A stretch of DNA of 32,000 nt, from assembly GCF_001598795.1 (NCBI RefSeq), contig NZ_BCZP01000033.1, positions 1 to 32,000 of the forward strand, given 5' to 3'. Position 1 is the first letter of the stretch; each line of letters starts with the position of its first letter. Below are positions 16,930 to 24,718 of the stretch, one piece after another. The notes below the pieces were generated by a model. It saw only the letters and a program-made list of their open reading frames with translations. It was not told the DNA's origin and did no database searches. The DNA is from Delftia acidovorans NBRC 14950 (GTDB taxonomy: Bacteria > Pseudomonadota > Gammaproteobacteria > Burkholderiales > Burkholderiaceae_C). The position numbers and the translations under genes are program-made.

Positions 16930-17427
16930 ATGGCCGCATTCGAAGAACTATGGAGCTATGAGGTGGGCAAGGCGGGCTGGGCGACGTTGAAGTTCAGCAC
17001 GCCCGAGGAGGACCTGGTGTGTGCCGTGTCCTACCTGCATGATTCGCTGGGTGATCTGGCCGCCATGGCGCTGGCCTTGGCCAAGGGCGCGCACCGCGCT
17101 GCCGCCGTGTTCATGGACGAGCCCGGCGAAGTGCACCTGAGCATGGAGGGTGACCGCGACACCCTTTCCTACGAGCTGCGGCAGTACGCGGACTGGGCCA
17201 GCTGGGGCATCACCGCCATGGATGACTATGAAGTGCTGGCCCGTGGGCAGGTGGCCCGCGAGGACGTGGTGCGCAGCGTGTACCGCGTGCTGGACGGTAT
17301 TTATTGCGGCATGGGTGTAGAGGAATACAGAAAGCGCTGGCTGGAGCATGAATTCCCGCTGCGGGACTATCAAAGCCTGGGCAGCGCCATCCGCAAGCGG
17401 GACCTGTCTCGCCTGATGCGTGGATGA
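16930..17427 (+). CDS. Hypothetical protein (165 aa, acidic, no recognisable domain)
   Basis: ATG 16930 with AGAGAGG upstream. Codon usage in line with neighbouring genes. Sits tightly between the SPFH gene and rtcB. Confidence 0.7.
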   Translation: MAAFEELWSYEVGKAGWATLKFSTPEEDLVCAVSYLHDSLGDLAAMALALAKGAHRAAAVFMDEPGEVHLSMEGDRDTLSYELRQYADWASWGITAMDDYEVLARGQVAREDVVRSVYRVLDGIYCGMGVEEYRKRWLEHEFPLRDYQSLGSAIRKRDLSRLMRG

Positions 17428-17486
17428 GCCGCGCGGCAGCAAGACCTAAACAAGACGAACAGACAAGAAGACTGAAGGACAACGCA

Positions 17487-18704
17487 ATGAACTACCTGCA
17501 ACACAACGTGGAAAACGGCGTCCCCATCAAGATGTGGACCAAGGGTGTGCCCGTCGAGGACGAGGCGCGCAAGCAGCTGGAGAACGCCGCGCGCCTGCCC
17601 GTGGTGTTCAAGCATGTCGCGGCCATGCCCGATGTGCACCTGGGCATAGGCGCCACCGTGGGCTCGGTGATCCCGACCATCAAGGCCATCATCCCGGCGG
17701 CCGTGGGCGTGGACATCGGCTGCGGAATGATGGCCGCCAAGACCACGCTGCGCGCCGAGGACCTGCCCGACAACCTGGGCCCGCTGCGCTCGGCGATAGA
17801 GCAGGCCGTGCCGCATGGCTCGGTGCCGCGCCACCGGGGCCGTGATCCCGGCAGCTGGGAAAACCCGCCCGTGTCGGTGGACCAGGTCTGGGCCACGCTG
17901 GCCGATGAGTTCGACCTGCTGTGCGAGCTGCATCCACGCCTGGCCAACACCAACAACCGCAAGCACCTGGGAACGCTGGGCAGCGGCAACCACTTCATCG
18001 AGATCTGCCTGGACGAGGCGGGCTTCGTGTGGTTCATGCTGCACTCGGGCTCGCGCGGCGTGGGCAATGCCATCGGCACCCATTTCATCGAGCTGGCCAA
18101 GAAGGATGCAGAACTCCATCAGCGCAACCTGCCCGACAAGGATCTGGCCTATTTCGAGGAAGGGGCCCGCTACTTTGGCGACTATGTGCGCGGCGTGTCC
18201 TGGGCGCAGAAGTTCGCCATGCGCAACCGCGAGGTGATGATGGCCAACCTCATCGCCACGGTGCGCAAGGTGATCGCCAAGCCCTTCGAGTCGCATGTGG
18301 AGGCGGTGAACTGCCACCACAACTACGTGCAGCAGGAGCGCCATTTCGGGCAGGACGTGTTCATCACCCGCAAGGGCGCGGTGAGCGCGCGGCGCGGCGA
18401 GCTGGGCATCATCCCGGGCAGCATGGGCGCGCGCAGCTACATCGTGCGCGGCCTGGGCAACCCGGAGAGCTTCGAGAGCTGCAGCCACGGTGCGGGCCGC
18501 GTGATGAGCCGGACCAAGGCCAAGAAGATGTTCAGCGTGGAGGACCACATCAAGGCCACCGAGGGCGTGGAATGCCGCAAGGATGCGAATGTGGTGGACG
18601 AGATTCCCATGGCCTACAAGGACATCGATGCGGTCATGGCCGCGCAGCAGGATCTGGTCGAGGTGGTGCACACCCTGAAGCAAGTGGTGTGCGTGAAAGG
18701 GTGA
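17487..18704 (+). CDS. rtcB: RNA-splicing ligase RtcB (3'-phosphate/5'-OH RNA ligase)
   Basis: 405 aa. MNYLQHNVENGVPIKMWTKGVPVEDEARKQL... followed by MPDVHLGIGATVG, GCGMMA, GSGNHFIE, HSGSRG, NCHHNY and SCSHGAGR motifs typical of RtcB. Confidence 0.96.
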   Translation: MNYLQHNVENGVPIKMWTKGVPVEDEARKQLENAARLPVVFKHVAAMPDVHLGIGATVGSVIPTIKAIIPAAVGVDIGCGMMAAKTTLRAEDLPDNLGPLRSAIEQAVPHGSVPRHRGRDPGSWENPPVSVDQVWATLADEFDLLCELHPRLANTNNRKHLGTLGSGNHFIEICLDEAGFVWFMLHSGSRGVGNAIGTHFIELAKKDAELHQRNLPDKDLAYFEEGARYFGDYVRGVSWAQKFAMRNREVMMANLIATVRKVIAKPFESHVEAVNCHHNYVQQERHFGQDVFITRKGAVSARRGELGIIPGSMGARSYIVRGLGNPESFESCSHGAGRVMSRTKAKKMFSVEDHIKATEGVECRKDANVVDEIPMAYKDIDAVMAAQQDLVEVVHTLKQVVCVKG

Positions 18705-18706
18705 GT

Positions 18707-18756
18707 GGATGAGGGCCCCGGGCTCTCATCCTCCAGAACAGAAAGCAGGATGAGAG
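18707..18756 (+). promoter_or_regulatory. Three-arm alternative RNA pairing overlapping the SD of the nucleotidyltransferase gene
   Basis: GGATGAGGG (18707-18715), CTCTCATCC (18723-18731), GGATGAGAG (18748-18756). The middle arm pairs perfectly (9 bp) with the third arm. The third arm overlaps the AGGA SD (18747-50) and ends 1 nt before ATG 18758. The middle arm can also pair with the first arm, which starts 3 nt after the rtcB stop. Confidence 0.4.
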
Positions 18757-18757
18757 C

Positions 18758-19579
18758 ATGAGGGAAGAGAAGGTATTGAGCGCGCATCCGGTCTCCGACG
18801 CCATGCGCGCCACGGTGCTGGCCAACCTGGTCGAGGTGGAGCGCAGGCACGAGGTCACGGTGCTGTTTGCCTGCGAGTCGGGCAGCCGCGGCTGGGGCTT
18901 TGCCTCGCCCGACAGCGACTATGACGTGCGCTTCATCTATGTCCACCGCCTGCCCTGGTATCTGACCGTGGCGCCGGGCCGCGATGTCATAGAGCAGCCG
19001 CTCAGCGGCGAGCTCGATGTCAGCGGCTGGGAGCTGCGCAAGGCGCTGGGGCTGCTGCGCGCCTCCAACCCCACGCTGCTTGAATGGCTGCGCTCGCCCG
19101 TGGTCTACCGGCAGGAGCAGCCCTGGGCCGAGCGCCTGCATCTGCTGGCCGAGCAGGGCTTTTCGCCGGTGCGCGGCTACCACCACTACGTGGCCATGGC
19201 GCGCAAGAACCTGCGCGCCCACCTGCAGAGCGATGTCGTGCGCTACAAGAAATACTTCTACGTGCTGCGCCCCTTGCTGGCCGCGCGCTGGATACGCGAG
19301 GGGCGCGGTGCGCCGCCCATGCGCTTTGCACAGCTGGCGGCGGGCACGCTGGAGGATGCAGGCCTGCTGGCCGAGCTCAACGAGCTGCTGGAGCTCAAGA
19401 TGCGCCTGGGCGAGGCCGCCAAGGGGCCGCGCCGGGTGCGCGTCCATGATTTCCTGGAGCGCGAGCTGGCCCATGCCATGGCCCATGCGCCGGATCCGGG
19501 GTACCAGGCCGATGCGGCGCCGCTGGACCGCTATCTGCGGGATGCCGTGGCGCGCTTTGGCGGCAATTGGCGGCAATGA
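18758..19579 (+). CDS. Pol-beta-fold nucleotidyltransferase (RNA-repair-associated predicted NTase family)
   Basis: 273 aa. ACESGSRGWGFASPDSDYDVRF fits the hG[GS]-x9-13-DxD nucleotidyltransferase signature. Located between rtcB and rtcA. Confidence 0.8.
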   Translation: MREEKVLSAHPVSDAMRATVLANLVEVERRHEVTVLFACESGSRGWGFASPDSDYDVRFIYVHRLPWYLTVAPGRDVIEQPLSGELDVSGWELRKALGLLRASNPTLLEWLRSPVVYRQEQPWAERLHLLAEQGFSPVRGYHHYVAMARKNLRAHLQSDVVRYKKYFYVLRPLLAARWIREGRGAPPMRFAQLAAGTLEDAGLLAELNELLELKMRLGEAAKGPRRVRVHDFLERELAHAMAHAPDPGYQADAAPLDRYLRDAVARFGGNWRQ

Positions 19580-19592
19580 ATGAAAGAGAAAA

Positions 19593-20651
19593 ATGAAAGT
19601 GATCGAGATCGACGGCTCCGCCGGGGAGGGCGGAGGCCAGATGCTGCGCAGCGCGCTGGCGCTGTCCATGTGCACGGGCCAGCCCTTTGCCATGCAGCGC
19701 ATCCGTGCCGGGCGCGCCAAGCCGGGCCTGATGCGCCAGCACCTGGCCTGCGTCAATGCCGCCGCCGAAATCTGCGGCGCGCAGATGCAGGGCGCCGAGA
19801 TGAATTCCCAGGCGCTGCAATTTGCGCCGGGGCCGGTGCGTGCGGGCGAGTACCGCTTCGTGATCGCCTCGGCGGGCAGTTGCACCCTGCTGCTGCAGAC
19901 GCTGTGGCCCGCGCTGATGCTGGCCAATGGCGAAAGCCGCCTGACCCTGGGCGGCGGCACCCACAACCCGGCCGCGCCGCCCTTCCACTTCCTGGAGCGC
20001 AGCTATGCGCCGCTGCTGCACAGGCTGGGCGCCCGCTGCGAACTGCGGCTGCGCCGGCTGGGCTTTTATCCGGCCGGTGGCGGCGAGATGGACGTGACGA
20101 TCACGCCGGCAACCAACGGGCTGGTGCCTTTCGATATCACCGAACGCGGCGCGCCCGTGGCCAGCCATGCCGAATGCTTTGCGCCCGCGCTGCCACGCGC
20201 GGTGGCCCAGCGCGAACTGGACCATCTGGGCGAGGCCCTGGGCTGGTCTGGCGAGCAGCTGCAGGTGGCTGCCGTGCGCCAGAACGAGGGGCCGGGCAAC
20301 GCGCTGCTGGCCACGCTGGCCTATGAGCACCTGAGCGAAGTGTTCACGCAGTTCGGCATGAAGGGCGTCAGCGCCGAAAAGGTGGCGCATGACCTGGCGC
20401 GCGAGGTGCGCCGCCACCAGGGCAGCCGGGCCGCGCTGGGCCCGTACCTGGCCGACCAATGGGCCCTGCCGCTGGCGCTGGCCGTCTGGCGCAGCGGGCG
20501 CGCTGCCAGCTACACCTGCACGGAACTGACGCCGCATGCTCGCAGCAATTTCGAGGTGATCGAGCGCTTTGTGCCTGTGCGCTTTGTGCCCGTGCGCCTT
20601 ATCACGGACGCAACGGGCGACGGCTGGCGTGTTTCGCTCTCGCCAGCCTGA
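19593..20651 (+). CDS. rtcA: RNA 3'-terminal phosphate cyclase
   Basis: 352 aa. MKVIEIDGSAGEGGGQMLRSALALSM...RAGRAKPGLMRQHL matches the RtcA N-terminus, including the conserved His region. Confidence 0.95.
   Translation: MKVIEIDGSAGEGGGQMLRSALALSMCTGQPFAMQRIRAGRAKPGLMRQHLACVNAAAEICGAQMQGAEMNSQALQFAPGPVRAGEYRFVIASAGSCTLLLQTLWPALMLANGESRLTLGGGTHNPAAPPFHFLERSYAPLLHRLGARCELRLRRLGFYPAGGGEMDVTITPATNGLVPFDITERGAPVASHAECFAPALPRAVAQRELDHLGEALGWSGEQLQVAAVRQNEGPGNALLATLAYEHLSEVFTQFGMKGVSAEKVAHDLAREVRRHQGSRAALGPYLADQWALPLALAVWRSGRAASYTCTELTPHARSNFEVIERFVPVRFVPVRLITDATGDGWRVSLSPA
20566..20595 (+). repeat. 15-bp in-frame tandem duplication inside rtcA
   Basis: GCTTTGTGCCTGTGC (20566-20580) followed by GCTTTGTGCCCGTGC (20581-20595), one mismatch. 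Encodes RFVPV-RFVPV. Confidence 0.9.
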
Positions 20652-20657
20652 GCGGCC

Positions 20658-21623
20658 TCAGCGATCGGCCCGCACCAGCGTGCTCTTGCCGAACAGGCTC
20701 TCCAGCAGGTCCACCACCAGTTCGGCCGTCTGGTTGCGCACATCCAGCGCGGGATTGAGCTCCACCAGATCCATCGAGCCCAGGCGTCCGGTGTCGGCCA
20801 GCATCTCCATGCACAGCTGGGCCTCGCGGTAGCTGGGGCCGCCGCGCACGGGGGTGCCGGTGCCGGGCGCGATGTCGGGATCGAGGTAGTCCACGTCGAA
20901 GCTCAGGTGCAGGTGGGTGTCGCTGCCTTCCAGGTCTTCCAGCGCGCGGCGCATGACCTCGCGCATGCCCAGCTCGTCGATGGCGCGCATGTCATAGACC
21001 TCCACGCCCAGCGAATGCAGCAGGCGCTTTTCCTGGTCATCCACGCTGCGCAGGCCGATCTGGCACAGCGAGGCGGCTGCCAGTGCCGGATCGCCGCCCT
21101 GGGACAGCGCGGTGAGCGCCGCGGGCCCCAGGCCGCACAGGCTGGCCACGGGCATGCCGTGCAGGTTGCCGCTGGGCGAGATATCGGGCGTGTTGCAGTC
21201 GGCGTGGGCATCCAGCCAGATCACGCGAAGCGCGCGGCCCAGGCGGCGGCAGTGGGCGGCCACGGCGCTGATCGAACCCATGGCCAGGCTGTGGTCGCCG
21301 CCCAGCATCAGCGGCAGCTCGCCGTCGTCCAGCGCCTGGCCCACGGCCTGGTGCACGGCCTGCATCCAGGCACGGGCCGGTGCGAGGTGGCGCAGCCCCT
21401 GCTCGGGCGGTGTCTGCGGATTGGGCGGGCCTGCCAGATTGCCGATGTCGCTCACCTGGCAGCCCAGCTGGCGCAGCGCCGGGCCCAGGCCGGCCACGCG
21501 CAGTGCGTCGGGCCCCATGGCGCTGCCCAGGCGGCTGGCACCGATGTCGGTGGGCACGCCTATGAGTCTCAGGGCGCGTGCGGTCTGCGGGGTCGTATGG
21601 GTGTTCATGCTCATGGGACCCAT
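20658..21623 (-). CDS. rocF: Arginase
   Basis: Ureohydrolase motifs GGDHSLAMG, WLDAHADCNTP and SFDVDYLDP. The start is ambiguous (ATG at 21623, 21614 or 21608). Confidence 0.9.
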   Translation of the reverse strand: MGPMSMNTHTTPQTARALRLIGVPTDIGASRLGSAMGPDALRVAGLGPALRQLGCQVSDIGNLAGPPNPQTPPEQGLRHLAPARAWMQAVHQAVGQALDDGELPLMLGGDHSLAMGSISAVAAHCRRLGRALRVIWLDAHADCNTPDISPSGNLHGMPVASLCGLGPAALTALSQGGDPALAAASLCQIGLRSVDDQEKRLLHSLGVEVYDMRAIDELGMREVMRRALEDLEGSDTHLHLSFDVDYLDPDIAPGTGTPVRGGPSYREAQLCMEMLADTGRLGSMDLVELNPALDVRNQTAELVVDLLESLFGKSTLVRADR

Positions 21624-21640
21624 GGTATGCAGTCCCCGTG

Positions 21641-22714
21641 TCAGCCAAAGCCGCGTTCTGCCTGCCCGGCCTCGCGCACCAGCCGGTACAGGTCGCGGGG
21701 GTCGGCCAGCGCAGGCACCAGGTCGATCGACTGCATCAGTCCGGTGTCGTGGGCCAGCGCGCGCAACCAGCGCAGGGCCGAATAGTCCTCGAGCGCAAAG
21801 CCCACGGAGTCGAACAGCGTGATCTCCGTGTCATGCCCGCGGCCCGGCGCCTGGCCGTTGATGACCTGCCACAGCTCGGTCACGGGCGCATCGGCGGGCA
21901 ACTGCTGCAGCTCGCCTTCCACGCGCGTCTGGGGCGTGAACTCCACGAAGATGCGCGCGCGCCGCAGCAGTGCCAGGGGCAGCTCGGTCTTGCCGGGGCA
22001 ATCGCCGCCGACGGCGTTGATGTGGGTGCCCGGGCGCACATCGGCATCGGCGATCACGCAGGCGCGGTGCTTGGCGGCCGTCACCGTGGTCACGATGTCG
22101 GCGCCCTCCAGGGCCTCGGCGCTGCTGGCGCAGCAGGTGATGCGCTGGGCCGCGATGCCCGCATGGCCCAGGTTGTCCACGAGCTTGCGCATGGCCTGGA
22201 CATCGATGTCGAAGATGCGCAGCCGTTCCACGCCCAGCAGGTGGGTGAAGGCCAGGGCCTGGAATTCGGACTGCGATCCTGCGCCGATCAGCGCCATGCT
22301 GCGGCAGCCCGGCCGCGCCAGCCGGCGCGCGGCCAGCGCCGAGGTGGCGGCAGTGCGCAGCGCCGTGGCCAGCGTCAGGTCGGACAGGAAGACCGGCAGG
22401 CCCGTGGCCACGTCGGCCAGGGCGCCGAAGGCCATCACCGTGGGCAGGTCCCGATCGGCGTTGTCCGGGTGGCCGTTGACGTACTTGAAGGCGTAGTCGA
22501 GCGCATCGGACACGGGCATGAGCTCGATCACGCCGCCGGGCGAATGGTGGGCGATGCGGGCCGATTTCTCGAAATCGGGCCAGCGCGCGAAGTCTTCCTC
22601 GATGGCATCGGCCAGGCCGGCCAGGCAGGTGGCAACGCCGACCTGCGCCACCAGGCGTGCGGCCTGCGTGGCGCCGAGGAAATCCGTGTGGACGGGCGTG
22701 GTTCGAGGCTTCAT
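21641..22714 (-). CDS. Ornithine cyclodeaminase
   Basis: ORF trimmed to MKPRTTPVHTDFLGATQAARL... (CAT 22712-22714, GGGAGAG SD). Rossmann motif LIGAGSQSEF and full-length OCD / mu-crystallin similarity. Lies 17 nt upstream of the arginase gene. Confidence 0.9.
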   Translation of the reverse strand: MKPRTTPVHTDFLGATQAARLVAQVGVATCLAGLADAIEEDFARWPDFEKSARIAHHSPGGVIELMPVSDALDYAFKYVNGHPDNADRDLPTVMAFGALADVATGLPVFLSDLTLATALRTAATSALAARRLARPGCRSMALIGAGSQSEFQALAFTHLLGVERLRIFDIDVQAMRKLVDNLGHAGIAAQRITCCASSAEALEGADIVTTVTAAKHRACVIADADVRPGTHINAVGGDCPGKTELPLALLRRARIFVEFTPQTRVEGELQQLPADAPVTELWQVINGQAPGRGHDTEITLFDSVGFALEDYSALRWLRALAHDTGLMQSIDLVPALADPRDLYRLVREAGQAERGFG

Positions 22715-22829
22715 GGTGCTCTCCCTCGCGGTTGCTTCCACTGTAGGCCCGGGCCGAAGCGCAGGCAAGCGGGTTTCGGCTGGCGCCTGCGCGGGGAATC
22801 GCGGTGCGCGTATGCTCGGCACCCAAGCT

Positions 22830-24110
22830 ATGAACCAACTGCATCTGTTTTTGCCCTGCGCCGCCGGCGTCGAGGGATTTCTGGCCGACGAGGTCCACGC
22901 GATCACCGGCCTGAGCGGCCACGACCTCATGGTGGGCCGTGGCGGCGTGATGGTGCGCGGCCTGTGGCGCGACGCCCTGCTGCTGAACCTGCACAGCCGA
23001 CTGGCCCAGCGCGTGCTGGTGCAGCTGTCGCAGACCCTGTACCGCAACGAGAACGACCTGTACCGCGCCGCCAGCGAAGTGGCCTGGGAGATCTGGTTCT
23101 CCCCGCGCGAGAGCTTCAAGATCGAGGTCACGGCCCAGCACAGCCCGCTGACCAGCCTCAACTTCGCGGCGCTGCGCGTCAAGGACGCCATTGCCGACCG
23201 CTTCCGCGACAGGAAGGGCGTGCGCCCCGACGTGGAAACGCGCCACCCCGACGTGCGCGTGCACCTGCACCTGACGACCGACGAGGCCACCATCTACATC
23301 GACACCTCGGGCGAGGCGCTGTTCAAGCGCGGCTGGCGCGAGGACAAGGGCGATGCGCCGCTCAAGGAAACCCTGGCCGCGGCCATGATCGCCGCCACGG
23401 GCTGGGACCCGCATGGCGACGATCCCCAGCCGCTGTACGACCCCTGCTGCGGCAGCGGCACGGTGCTGATCGAGGCCGCGCAGATTGCACGCCGCATTCC
23501 GGCCGGCATTCTGCGGCGCTTCGCGTTCGAGAAGCTGGTGCCCTTCCAGAGGCATGTGTGGGAAGCCATGCTGGACGAGGCCGAGGCCGCCATCCTGCCC
23601 GACAGCCCCGTGGCCATCTATGGCTCCGACGTGTCCCACCGCATGGTGGACTTTGCCCAGCGCAACGCCGAGCGTGCGGGCGTGGGCCAGACCGTGCAAC
23701 TGCGCGGTGGCGACGCGCTGCAGCGCATGCCGCCCTGCGAGCAGCCCGGCCTGATGCTGCTGAACCCGCCCTATGGCGAGCGCATTGCCGCAGCCGGCTC
23801 GGCCGGCCGCAGCGCCGGCGAACGCATGGAAGTGGTCGAGCGCGCGGGCCGCGAGACGGCCCAGACCGAGGACGGCGTGGAATTCTTCAGCCAGCTGGCC
23901 ACCCACTGGAAGAAGAACTACAGCGGCTGGAGCGCCTGGATGCTCACGCCCGACCTCAAGCTGCCCGGCAAGATGCGCCTGAAGGAGGCACGCCGCACGC
24001 CCATGTGGAACGGCCCCATCGAATGCCGGCTGTTCCGCTTCGACATGATCCGTGGCGCAGTCAAGCCCAGAAAGGCCGCCGAAGGCCCGGCAGAGGGCGC
24101 CGCGCCATGA
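22830..24110 (+). CDS. THUMP domain class I SAM-dependent RNA methyltransferase (RlmL N-terminal-half-like)
   Basis: MNQLHLFLPCAAGVEGFLADEV... THUMP region, then DPCCGSGT (SAM motif I) and LLNPPYGERI (NPPY motif IV). ATG at 22830. Confidence 0.88.
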   Translation: MNQLHLFLPCAAGVEGFLADEVHAITGLSGHDLMVGRGGVMVRGLWRDALLLNLHSRLAQRVLVQLSQTLYRNENDLYRAASEVAWEIWFSPRESFKIEVTAQHSPLTSLNFAALRVKDAIADRFRDRKGVRPDVETRHPDVRVHLHLTTDEATIYIDTSGEALFKRGWREDKGDAPLKETLAAAMIAATGWDPHGDDPQPLYDPCCGSGTVLIEAAQIARRIPAGILRRFAFEKLVPFQRHVWEAMLDEAEAAILPDSPVAIYGSDVSHRMVDFAQRNAERAGVGQTVQLRGGDALQRMPPCEQPGLMLLNPPYGERIAAAGSAGRSAGERMEVVERAGRETAQTEDGVEFFSQLATHWKKNYSGWSAWMLTPDLKLPGKMRLKEARRTPMWNGPIECRLFRFDMIRGAVKPRKAAEGPAEGAAP

Positions 24111-24595
24111 AGATCGTGCTGCGCTGGCCGCAGTGCAACGACGGCTACGAAGGTCCCCTGCCCCGGCCCGTGGTGCTCGATACCAATGTGGTCCTTGACA
24201 TGCTGATCTTCGACGATCCGCATGTCCCCCCCATCCGCGAACTGGTGGAGCAGGGACAGATGCGCTGGATTGCCGACCAGGCCCAGCGCCTCGAACTCGA
24301 ACGCGTGCTGCACTACAGCCAGATCGCGCCGCGCGTGGCTTTCTACGGCAAGACGGTCGAAGGCGTGCTCTCGGCCTTTGACGGAGCGGTCGAGTACGTG
24401 GCCGATGCGCCGCGCATCCGCTTTGCCTGCACCGACCCCGACGACCAGCATTTCCTGGACCTGGCCAGCCAGCACCAGGCGCTGCTGATCAGCAAGGACA
24501 AGGCCGTGCTCAAGCTGCGCAAGCGCGTGGCCGGCCTGGGCGCCACCGTGGGCAACATCCTGCTGGCCGAGCACGAAGAGGCGCAGGCCGCCTGA
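24107..24595 (+). CDS. PIN domain protein (toxin-like ribonuclease fold)
   Basis: 162 aa. VVLDTNVVLDMLIF N-terminal acidic PIN motif and later DPDDQHFLDLA. ATGA overlap with the methyltransferase stop. Confidence 0.7.
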   Translation: MKIVLRWPQCNDGYEGPLPRPVVLDTNVVLDMLIFDDPHVPPIRELVEQGQMRWIADQAQRLELERVLHYSQIAPRVAFYGKTVEGVLSAFDGAVEYVADAPRIRFACTDPDDQHFLDLASQHQALLISKDKAVLKLRKRVAGLGATVGNILLAEHEEAQAA

Positions 24596-24718
24596 CGCCC
24601 TGGTCGCTGTTGTGCAGCAACCACCCAGGCGGCAATGGGGCAACAGCCTGGGTGCGGCCCACTGGACGGCTTTCTCCTAAACTGGCGGCCATGCAGCAAG
24701 GCGCAAGCCCTTCTGCCA

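Noticed and set aside
21831-23906. 691-aa minus-strand ORF, and the N-terminal extension of ORF 21641..23293
   Set aside because: They are antisense to or overlapping the THUMP methyltransferase. OCD homology begins at MKPRTTP (22714), which has a strong SD, so the extensions are spurious.
21578-24595. 1005-aa ORF on the + strand
   Set aside because: Only the last 162 codons (24107-24595, the PIN protein) look real. The upstream part is antisense to arginase and OCD, and is a different frame of the methyltransferase gene.
24622-24654. 9-bp stem CACCCAGGC/GCCTGGGTG as a terminator after the PIN gene
   Set aside because: No U-tract follows it, so it may be just a stable hairpin. There is not enough support to annotate a terminator.
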